Origin: an uncultured Nitrospiraceae bacterium
GTDB lineage: Bacteria; Nitrospirota; Nitrospiria; Nitrospirales; Nitrospiraceae
DNA: 32,000 nt
Assembly (NCBI GenBank): GCA_963781915.1
Contig: CAWAIH010000016.1
Coordinates: 1-32,000 of the forward strand
Direction: 5' to 3'
Part shown: positions 17,257-25,335 of the stretch, in pieces
Position numbering within the stretch: the stretch's first letter is position 1
How the letters are laid out: each line of letters begins with the position of its first letter
Translations under genes and position numbers: made by a program
The notes under the pieces: generated by a model
What the model saw: the letters and a program-made list of their open reading frames with translations, nothing else
What the model was told of the DNA's origin: nothing
Databases searched by the model: none

Positions 17257-17280
17257 ATACTTAAACAAGGAGGTCAGGGT

Positions 17281-18078
17281 ATGGCGAGTACAACGTTCGG
17301 AGGGAGCGACAGAGGGTACGACATGTCGCTCTGGTACGATTCCAAACCGCTCAAGATTGGCTGGTTTGCCATGCTGGCGGCGGTGGGATCTGAGGTCGTG
17401 TTTCAACGCGTCTTTGGGTATTCCCACGGCTTGGACTCCATGACCCCGGAGTTCGAGAATGTCTGGATGGGCCTGTGGCGCTTTAACGTGATCTCCAACA
17501 TCATCTTCTCGGCGGCGACGCTGGGCTGGATTTGGAGCACGCGCGATCGCAACGTGGCCAACGTGGATCCCAAGACGGAACTCAAGCGGTACTTCTATTG
17601 GATGATGTGGCTCGCCATTTACGTGTTCGGCGTCTATTGGGCCGGCTCGTATACCCTGGAGCAGGATGCCTCGTGGCATCAGGTGATCATCCGCGACACC
17701 AGCTTCACCGCCAGCCATATCATTGCCTTCTACTTCACGTTCCCGCTCTACATTACGTGCGGCGTCGCGAGCTACCTCTACGCCATGACCCGGTTGCCGC
17801 AGTTCAGCAAGGCGGTCTCCTTCCCGTTGGTGGGCGCCATCGTGGGGCCGATGATGATTCTCCCGAACGTGGGCCTCAACGAGTGGGGCCATGCCTTCTG
17901 GTTTGTCGATGAACTGTTCGCGGCGCCGTTGCACTGGGGCTTTGTGACCCTGGGCTGGTGCGGATTGTTCGGCGGCACGGGCGGCGTGGCGGCGCAGATC
18001 GTCGCGCGCATGTCCAACCTGTGCGATGTGGTTTGGAACAACGAGAGCAAGGCTTGTTTGCATGTGATCCCGTACTAA
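17281..18078 (+). CDS. amoC: Ammonia monooxygenase subunit C
   Basis: 265-aa polytopic membrane protein with AmoC/PmoC-typical sequence ([16 protein letters not shown]...[22 protein letters not shown]). The ATG at 17281 has AAGGAGG 7 nt upstream. First gene of amoCAB. Confidence 0.95.
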   Translation: MASTTFGGSDRGYDMSLWYDSKPLKIGWFAMLAAVGSEVVFQRVFGYSHGLDSMTPEFENVWMGLWRFNVISNIIFSAATLGWIWSTRDRNVANVDPKTELKRYFYWMMWLAIYVFGVYWAGSYTLEQDASWHQVIIRDTSFTASHIIAFYFTFPLYITCGVASYLYAMTRLPQFSKAVSFPLVGAIVGPMMILPNVGLNEWGHAFWFVDELFAAPLHWGFVTLGWCGLFGGTGGVAAQIVARMSNLCDVVWNNESKACLHVIPY

Positions 18079-18198
18079 ATCGTACTGGTGGTGTTACTGG
18101 GCTGACCGCGCGCTCCGGATTCCGAAGAGCGAGGTTGCCCATAGACTAGCTGGAACAAGGGAGAGAACAGATGTTTCGAATGAGTGAGGAGGAGACAA

Positions 18199-19092
18199 AT
18201 GGCACTGTTTAGAACAGCAGAGATTATAAAAGCCAGCAAGCTGCCGCCGGAAGGCGTCAAACTGTCACGGATGATCGACGCGGTGTACTTCCTTCCGATT
18301 GCATATCTAGGAGTATTCGCGACCTTTCATATGCACTTCGACCTGCTTGCAGGAGACTGGGATTTCTGGATCGATTGGAAGGATCGGCAGTTCTGGGTAA
18401 CGGTAACTCCTATTGTGGAGGTTATGTATCCAGGGGCGATCATGTACTACTTCTGGACGTTCTACCGGCAACCCTTTGGTGCAACGTTAAGCATCACGGG
18501 GCTCCTTGTTGGAAAGTGGATTACGGTCGTGTTGGCGTGGTACTGGTGGGCAAATTTCCCGGTAAACTTCGTCATGCCTGCCACCATGGTCTCCAGCGCA
18601 TTAATCCTGGACTGCACCCTGTTGCTGACCAGGAGTTGGATGTTGACAGCGATATTCGGCGTATGGGCATTTGCGATGATGTTCTATCCTACGCAATACG
18701 CCCTGTTCGGATACAGCAAGCAACCGATGGTCGTGGATGGTCAGCTGCTTTCCTTGGCCGACTACATGGGCTTCACCTATGTCCGGACGGGAACGCCTGA
18801 GTATATCCGCATCATCGAAGTCGGTTCGTTGCGTACATTCGGCGGACACACCGTGTGGATCTCCGCATTTTTCTCAGCGTTTGTCTCCATGTTGGTCTAC
18901 ACCATTTGGTGGCAAATCGGGCACTTCGTCGGCCAATCATTCTTTTGGGTCAAGGGCAAACGTGGAGTGATGTCACGGAAAAATGATATCATGATCGTCG
19001 GCACGGATGAGTATGCCGCGAGACTTGGCACACCGGATGGGGTTGCACCAAGACTGACAGCGGCAGCCACACTTGCGGAAGGGAAATCATGA
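18199..19092 (+). CDS. amoA: Ammonia monooxygenase subunit A
   Basis: Hallmark AmoA sequence (HMHFDLLAGDWDFWIDWKDRQFW...YRQPFGATL...YVRTGTPEYIRIIEVGSLRTFGGHT). The ATG at 18199 is preceded by GAGGAGGAG. ATGA overlap with amoB. Confidence 0.95.
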   Translation: MALFRTAEIIKASKLPPEGVKLSRMIDAVYFLPIAYLGVFATFHMHFDLLAGDWDFWIDWKDRQFWVTVTPIVEVMYPGAIMYYFWTFYRQPFGATLSITGLLVGKWITVVLAWYWWANFPVNFVMPATMVSSALILDCTLLLTRSWMLTAIFGVWAFAMMFYPTQYALFGYSKQPMVVDGQLLSLADYMGFTYVRTGTPEYIRIIEVGSLRTFGGHTVWISAFFSAFVSMLVYTIWWQIGHFVGQSFFWVKGKRGVMSRKNDIMIVGTDEYAARLGTPDGVAPRLTAAATLAEGKS

Positions 19093-20351
19093 ACGCAAAA
19101 AACATATTTAAATTGTGCGTGATCGGTTCCCTTGGGATGGCAACGCTGGGGCTCACCCTGGTGTTCAATGCCACTCCCGCAGCCGCCCACGGTGAGCGTT
19201 CTCAAGAACCGTTCCTGCGGATGCGTACCGCGCAGTGGTATGACACAAAGTGGAATCCTCAGAAGACCGCAGTTAACGATGAAGCAATGCTGTCCGGCAA
19301 GATTCATATCGCGGAAGACTGGCCACGAGCCGTGGTCAAGCCGAACCGTACCTTCATCAACGTGGGCAGCCCGAGTTCGGTGTTCACGCGTCTCAGTTCA
19401 AAAGTCAACGGAACTCCAATGTTCACATCGGGCCCGATGGAGCTCGGTGGGGACTACGAGTACGTGATCAAGTTGAGAGGCCGGTTGCCTGGCCATCACC
19501 ACATCCACCCAATGTTGGCCGTCAACGGGGCCGGCCCTGTTGCAGGACCAGGGGGATGGATGGATATCACGGGCAACTATAAAGACTTCACCAACCCTGC
19601 AAAGCTGTTGGTTGGTGGGACTATCGATACGGAGACTGCAGGCATGGCAGCCGGAATCTTCTGGCATGTCCTCTGGGGTGGTCTCGGCTTCGCATGGATC
19701 GGCTGGTTCATGATCAGACCGATGTTCTTGATTCGCGCCAGAGTGTTGGCTCAAGAGGGTGGCGACGCACTGCTGAACGACCCGGTCGACCGAGTGGTGG
19801 CATGGGGAGTTTTAGGAGTGACCTTTACTTTGATCGCGATTGGTTTCTACTCTACGGACCACTCGTACCCTTACACCGTACCTCTCCAGGCCGGTGAACC
19901 AAAGATCAAGGCAACGCATTTGAAGTCTGACCTCACAATGAAGGTACTCGCAGCTGACTACGATGTTCCTGGTCGTGCCCTGCGTATGACGCTCCAGGTC
20001 ACGAACAGCGGTGAGACGCCTCTCAGAATCGGTGAGTTCACGACAGCAGGCATCCGGTTCCTCAACAAGGTAGGTGTGGCCAACAACCTGGATCCAACCT
20101 ATCCGGCAGAGATCATGGCTCAAGATGGTTTGCATATGGAAGATGAGTCACCGATCATGCCAGGGGAAACCAAAGAAGTGAAGCTTGACTCCAGAGACTC
20201 GCTCTGGGAAGTCCAGCGGTTGATGGACATGGTCAACGATCCGGAGCAACGCTTCGGTGGCTTGGTGATGTCTTGGGACGAATCAGGCAATCGTCACATC
20301 AACAGCATCGCTGGCGCCATCATCCCGGTCTTTACAAGGGCTGCTGGCTGA
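19089..20351 (+). CDS. amoB: Ammonia monooxygenase subunit B
   Basis: The signal peptide ends AAA/HGERS, giving a mature N-terminal His. A GHHHIHPM histidine cluster, two TM helices in the middle and a C-terminal cupredoxin-like domain are present. 420 aa. Confidence 0.95.
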   Translation: MNAKNIFKLCVIGSLGMATLGLTLVFNATPAAAHGERSQEPFLRMRTAQWYDTKWNPQKTAVNDEAMLSGKIHIAEDWPRAVVKPNRTFINVGSPSSVFTRLSSKVNGTPMFTSGPMELGGDYEYVIKLRGRLPGHHHIHPMLAVNGAGPVAGPGGWMDITGNYKDFTNPAKLLVGGTIDTETAGMAAGIFWHVLWGGLGFAWIGWFMIRPMFLIRARVLAQEGGDALLNDPVDRVVAWGVLGVTFTLIAIGFYSTDHSYPYTVPLQAGEPKIKATHLKSDLTMKVLAADYDVPGRALRMTLQVTNSGETPLRIGEFTTAGIRFLNKVGVANNLDPTYPAEIMAQDGLHMEDESPIMPGETKEVKLDSRDSLWEVQRLMDMVNDPEQRFGGLVMSWDESGNRHINSIAGAIIPVFTRAAG

Positions 20352-20380
20352 GCTAGTCGTTTTACAGGTCAGTGAGTAAG

Positions 20381-20427
20381 GCCGATCCGCCCCCGTCATA
20401 AGACGGGATGGCGGATCGGCTTTTTTA
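20381..20427 (+). terminator. Rho-independent terminator of amoCAB
   Basis: GC-rich stem GCCGATCCGCC...GGCGGATCGGC with an inner CCCGTC/GACGGG pairing, followed by TTTTTTA. It starts 30 nt after the amoB stop. Confidence 0.85.
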
Positions 20428-20460
20428 TGGAATAAGAAGAACGGCAACGGCGACGATAAC

Positions 20461-20844
20461 TCACCGCTTGGATAGTTCTACAATCCACCGACGAACGAAT
20501 TGATGCAGCATCTGCAATCTTTTTTCGTCGTCGATCGAGGGAGAAACGAGTTCGACCTCGGTTTTATCGTTTACATCGCTTCCCTGCGCCCTTCCAAATG
20601 CAAACAACATAAGGACGTGGTAGGTGGTAGCAGAATCCGCTGGCGCACGTGTTCAACACCGCAAGGCGGCTTGGTCCCGGCAACCTTCACGTCGTAGCAA
20701 TACAAGATCTGGAAGTTTGTGCCGGAGCCACTCCAGCAGCGTTTCGCCTGATTCATGCCCAACGACGTGGAAGCCTTAGTGAGTCAGCCGTTTGCTGTTG
20801 GCAGAACCACTCGCCGGCTCATCGTCAGCTACAAAGATGAAACC
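20461..20844 (-). pseudogene. Decayed response-regulator receiver (REC) domain relic
   Basis: A single minus-strand frame reads GFIFVADDEPASGSANSKRLTH*GFHVVGHESGETLLEWLRHKLPDLVLLRREGCRDQAALRC*TRAPADSATTYHVLMLFAFGRAQGSDVNDK.... This follows the REC pattern (xxVADDEP / GFxV..A.SG.EALE.L...PDLVLLD / V.MLTA.G). It has no start codon, in-frame TAA (20776..20778) and TGA (20653..20655), and Arg where the phospho-acceptor Asp is expected. Confidence 0.5.
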
Positions 20845-20851
20845 TGTAGGG

Positions 20852-22780
20852 TTAGCCCTTTACCAACTGAACATCTGGAGATGACGGCAACCAAATGCTC
20901 ACGACAGTGCCTTCTCCGACCGCGCTCGTCACATGGATATATCCATGATGCCGGTCGATAATGTTCTTGCAGATCGCCATCCCTAATCCGGTTCCGTTAC
21001 GTTTCCCAGACGTAAAAAATGGCTCGAATACGCGAGACAGCGCCTCTGGCGGGATGCCTTTACCGGCATCTCGGACTTGTATCATGATACCGGTTTGTTC
21101 CTGGTGGAGTAACTTATACGCCGCGATTTCCATGGACAAACCGTACTTAGGAGAGGCATCTATCGCGTTGTCGATAACGTTCAAGAGCACTTGTTCGAGT
21201 TGGTCTCGATCGGCATAAAGATGGTCCGCTGCCTGAGATATGGAAGTTCGGACTTTGAGATGTTTAGCCTCCAGAGGCCCGGTCAGCAACTTGAGGACAC
21301 GGTTGATGAGGTCGGACAACACAAATTGAACCAGTGTAAGCTCGCGAGTCCTCGCATATTCCACAATCTGATTCACGATCCGATCCATTCGTTTGGCCTC
21401 GTGGAGAATCATGTCGATCTCCTCACGCCTTGGATCGGACCGTTCGAACTCATCCAATAACAGCGATGCCGTCGAGCCGATCCCGACCAAGGGATTCCTG
21501 AGCTCATGGGCAATGCCGGCCGCCATCTGTCCCAATGTCGCCAGCTTCTCGGTTCGGCTTAATCGTGATTGCAGAGTATTGAGTGCCGTAATGTCGATAT
21601 TGAATGCCACATAGATCGGATCGGGGCTGTCGAACCCCGATATCGGCACGCGACGGCTCAAAATCGTCAACACGCCGCCGTCGGCATGAACAAACCGGAA
21701 GATCAGTTCGCACTGGCGGCCCGCTGCGACGGCCTGTGAAAATTCCGACAAAACACGATCAAGATCTTCAGGATGAATTCGAGCACGGAAGGCGGCGGGA
21801 TCACCCTGTTCGTCAGGATCGAGCCCGGCCAAGACTTGATTATGTCGGTTGCTGAACGTGACCTGCATCCCCTTCGTCATAAAGATGCCGATCGGAGCGT
21901 TATCCACCAGACCGCGGTACTTCGATTCAGACTCTGATAAATGCTGGTTGAGTGTCCGGAGCGAGGCCTCAGACTTTACCACTTGATCGAACTGTTCCTG
22001 AACCTGCCGACTCATCTCTTGCATCACCCTGGTGAGGCCTCCGATCTCATCTTTCCGATCCAACACAAGGATGGTAGGACAAAGCCCGCCGGATGACTCG
22101 GCAACAGCCTTTGACAGGTTGACAAGAGGGACCGCAATCGATCGGGCAATCAGATAGAGCGCAGAGACGATAAGCCCAAACGTGAATAGCCCCCCGCCTA
22201 AAATGGCAAGAAGTGTCGACGTGCGGTCTAGGTTCATTTGCGCGAACTCATCCAGCGCGCTTTTCTCCTCGAATGTATCGAGTTTTTCCATCCAAGTCCG
22301 AAGATCAGACATCAGCGCCCTTCCTCGCCCTTCCCTGATATACTGAAGCGCGACCGATTTTCGGCCCGATTGAATATCTTTGATGAGGCCTTCCTTCTCT
22401 TCGATGATTCGGTTCACGAGGGCTTCAGCGTCCTTAAAATGCTGCTGATGGTCTTCTGAAAGTCTCGCGTTTAGATCCTTCCCGACCCCGCGAATGTTTT
22501 CGAGCGCCTCTTGATAGGGTTTGAGATCGCGAACATCTTCGGTCAACACATACCCTCGAAAACCGGTCTCCAAATCGACCGCCAGCCGCATGTATTGGGC
22601 TGCAGCCTTTTCGGCAAGATAGAGATTGTTCAACCGCTCTTCATCCTGCGAAAAGGTTTGCAGATTGATGTAGGTCACGATGCTGACGAGGATGAGGGAG
22701 GCGAGAGGGATCGTGGAGATGAACAGTAACTTGTGATGAATTGGAACATTATTGAACAGGCTGGCAATATGCTTGTACAT
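20852..22780 (-). CDS. Sensor histidine kinase with CHASE3-like periplasmic domain, HAMP, PAS, HisKA and HATPase_c
   Basis: TM1, then a CHASE3-like segment (ETGFRGYVLTEDVRDLKPYQEA), TM2 and HAMP, then a PAS region (YRGLVDNAPIGIFM). H-box AAGIAHELRNPL, N-box LLNVIDNAIDA, G-boxes VRDAGKGI and GTGLGMAICKNI. The ATG at 22780 (GGAG 5 nt upstream) is preferred over the GTG at 22825. Confidence 0.9.
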   Translation of the reverse strand: MYKHIASLFNNVPIHHKLLFISTIPLASLILVSIVTYINLQTFSQDEERLNNLYLAEKAAAQYMRLAVDLETGFRGYVLTEDVRDLKPYQEALENIRGVGKDLNARLSEDHQQHFKDAEALVNRIIEEKEGLIKDIQSGRKSVALQYIREGRGRALMSDLRTWMEKLDTFEEKSALDEFAQMNLDRTSTLLAILGGGLFTFGLIVSALYLIARSIAVPLVNLSKAVAESSGGLCPTILVLDRKDEIGGLTRVMQEMSRQVQEQFDQVVKSEASLRTLNQHLSESESKYRGLVDNAPIGIFMTKGMQVTFSNRHNQVLAGLDPDEQGDPAAFRARIHPEDLDRVLSEFSQAVAAGRQCELIFRFVHADGGVLTILSRRVPISGFDSPDPIYVAFNIDITALNTLQSRLSRTEKLATLGQMAAGIAHELRNPLVGIGSTASLLLDEFERSDPRREEIDMILHEAKRMDRIVNQIVEYARTRELTLVQFVLSDLINRVLKLLTGPLEAKHLKVRTSISQAADHLYADRDQLEQVLLNVIDNAIDASPKYGLSMEIAAYKLLHQEQTGIMIQVRDAGKGIPPEALSRVFEPFFTSGKRNGTGLGMAICKNIIDRHHGYIHVTSAVGEGTVVSIWLPSSPDVQLVKG

Positions 22781-23088
22781 GGAGTCTCCGTCGCACTCTT
22801 GTGAGTGCCTAGGATTTAGATCCACCCATTGTCAAACATCTCTCCGCTATACCGTGACATCCTCACCATGAGAATTATCGTGTCAGGGCGAAAGTCATGG
22901 GAAAGCGAAAGTCTGACTGTTCAGTGATAGAAAGCCACACGGAGGCATCCCTAAAATGGGCAATATACTGCGGAGGTGCCAGTATGGCTCCGCGTTCATA
23001 CCAGACATGACCATGCTATAGCTTTGCGAGAAATGCCGGGAACTTGCACGACGGCCGACCAATCCCTAGTGATCGGATTTAGCCTTGG

Positions 23089-23487
23089 CTACTTCCCCAC
23101 CTGACGGCGTAGCGCGACATACTCTAATGCCCGGTTCACGACCGGTTCTACCAGCTGGAGATCCACGGTCTTAATGATGAAATCGTACGCTCCTAGCTTC
23201 ATGGCCTCAACCGCTTCTTCGACTGTGCCATATGAAGTGAGAATGATCACCACCGCATCTCGCGCTTTCGCGCGAAGTGCCTCCAGGGTTTCCAGCCCCG
23301 TTCTCCCAGGCATCTTGAGGTCCAGGAGAATCAGATCGGGAAGGTCGGGAAGGCCTTTTTCAACCGCGGCCAACAGTTCATCTCCGGACTTGAAAGGCTG
23401 AACTTGGTGCTGGCTCTGAGACAGCCGCTTTACAAGTGCGTTGAGAAGTACTGGTTCATCGTCTGCAACATAGATCCTAGCTGGCAT
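23089..23487 (-). CDS. Single-domain (CheY-like) response regulator
   Basis: 132 aa consisting only of a receiver domain: IYVADDEP, phospho-acceptor context LILLDLKMPGRTG, ILTSYG, KLGAYDFIIK. No output domain. SD AAAGGAA. Confidence 0.9.
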   Translation of the reverse strand: MPARIYVADDEPVLLNALVKRLSQSQHQVQPFKSGDELLAAVEKGLPDLPDLILLDLKMPGRTGLETLEALRAKARDAVVIILTSYGTVEEAVEAMKLGAYDFIIKTVDLQLVEPVVNRALEYVALRRQVGK

Positions 23488-23553
23488 TTGGTCATTCCTT
23501 TCTATCGAGTTCGGTATAGTAACTGCGTATGCTTCCGCGCAAACTGCGCGTCT

Positions 23554-25335
23554 TCATGCAAAGGCCGTGAGGTTACCGGGAGTTTGACTGATACGATAGG
23601 CTAGCGCGTGATCTGATAGCCCGCGGAAATGCTCCATCCCGACGAGGACACAGGTATGCCCGGCTTCAATGGCTCGATCTTGGAACCCGTGCAAGTATTC
23701 CATGGTGGTATGGTCCACGATCTTTCCCGCCAAAATGAGCATATAGTTGGCTTTCATGCCTTCGGGAATCACGATGGCTTTGAGCGCCGCGTCGAGTTTC
23801 ACCAGGTTCATGCAGGTGGCCGAAGACAGGTAGATCTTGTAGGGATTCTTCATCGCTCCGACGGTGCCACGGAGCACCGCGTTTGCCGAGACGGTCATCA
23901 CACTGCGAGAGCCGCTGCCGGTGTCTCCAATGCGGATGACGGGATTGCGGAACAGTTCTTTGAATGCGGCCCCTATCCCCCTACCCTCGGGATCCTTGGC
24001 TGAAGCCTTGACGACATCCTTCACAAGCAAGGCGATCTTCGTCAGTGTGCCGACAATCATGCCGTCCAGTATGTCTGAGGTGGCCAACGTGACCACGACA
24101 TTGACCATGGCGACAAATATCTGTTCCTTGCCGACCGAAAAGATCCGCTTGAAGACTTTGTTCGAGCAGAGCTTCCATCCGATCCACATGAGCAACCCTG
24201 CCAGGGCCGATTTTGGGATTTGATTGATGAGGGCTGCGGCGAACAACAGGATGATCAATTGAAAGCAGGCATAGTAGAAGTTGGCCCAGAGGGTACGGCC
24301 CCCTGCAAGCATGTTGACCGTACTTTTCAGCCCACCGGGAATGATCGTCAATCCACCCAGTAGACTGGATGCGGTGTTGGAGACCCCCATGGCTCGCAAG
24401 GTGACATTGGGATTCGACTTTCGTTTAAACGGGTCGATCTTATCGATGGCGGCGATCGTCGCGAGCGACTCGGTGCCGTCGATGAGGGTCAGGGTGATAA
24501 TGATGAGTATGAGAGACCCGTATAGTTCCGGTCTGGAAAAGGCTTCAACGAAATGGGGAAATACGATGCCATGTTCAAAAATATCGAGGGGTACATGAAT
24601 GAGCTATTTTTCCTCAAGACCCAGGATCCAAGAGGCCAGACCGGCTAGAACGATCACGACGAGGGGCACAGGGACGAGCTTCGGCCACGTGCCTTTGATA
24701 CGGGCAAGGATGCCGCTAATAAAAAAGAGGAGGAAGAGGGTGGCGGCTCCAATGACGCAGATCAACGGATTCATGCCCATGATCTGTTCGGGAATCAGCA
24801 TGATGGCTTTGGGAATGGATTTGATGGGTGGCGTGATGTACCCGAGAAATGCCGGGACTTGTTTGACGATGATCAGCATGCCGATCGCCATCAACATGCC
24901 TTCGACTACCGAGATGGGGAAAAATAGCGCGAACCGCCCGGCATTGAAGACGCTGAGAATCACCTGCACAACACCGACTATCGCAATGGCCACCAGTAAG
25001 AGCGGATAACCCGCCTCCAAGTCTCCATGACCCAATGCGAGCGTACCGGCCAACAGCGCCGGCGCCAGACCGGCGGCCGGGCCGCTGATCGTGATATAGG
25101 CGCCACCGAGAAAGGGAAAGACAAATCCCGCGATGATCGCCGAGATGATACCGCAGACCGGAGGCGCACCGGAGGCAATCGCGATCCCGAGCGAGAGCGG
25201 GATCCCCATCATGGCGACTTGCAGTCCCGCCATCAGGTCGTATTGCCAATGCTTCAGACCCTTTATCCCATTTTCCGGTTTTTCTCCTGCCGGAATATCG
25301 TCTTCTGTTGCTGTTGCCGCTCCATGCGATGACAT
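23554..25335 (-). pseudogene. SulP-family anion transporter with C-terminal STAS domain, interrupted by one in-frame TAG
   Basis: ORFs 24604..25335 and 23554..24399 are in the same frame. The minus strand translates continuously as ...SWILGLEEK-TAG-LIHVPLDIFEHGIVFPHF...TLTLIDGTESLATIAAIDKIDPFKRKSNPNVTLRAMGVSNTASSLLGG.... That is an uninterrupted SulP core with a single amber codon at 24604..24606. Confidence 0.85.

Noticed and set aside
17254-18063. 269-aa minus-strand ORF covering amoC
   Set aside because: It is antisense to a clearly recognisable AmoC reading frame. Its composition is typical of shadow ORFs (Arg/Ala/His-rich), and it has no SD.
18079-18198. Imperfect hairpin CGCTCCGG-ATT-CCGaaGAGCG in the amoC-amoA spacer as a terminator or processing site
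   Set aside because: The stem is short and interrupted, there is no U-tract, and I cannot distinguish it from chance.
20653-24606. Stop-codon recoding (selenocysteine at TGA 20653, pyrrolysine or read-through at TAG 24604) as an explanation for the in-frame stops
   Set aside because: All three stop codons also terminate ordinary genes in this window: amoD and its paralog end in TAG, haoA, ccmF and copD in TGA, and ccmI and nirK in TAA. The REC relic also lacks a start codon and its phospho-acceptor Asp. No SECIS-like hairpin or pyl genes were seen. Simple mutation or sequencing error is the more economical explanation.
24716-25249. 177-aa alternative-frame ORF inside the SulP gene, and plus-strand ORFs at 24599..25009 and 25027..25474
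   Set aside because: These are shadow frames of the SulP membrane domain, with Arg/Gly/His-rich translations.
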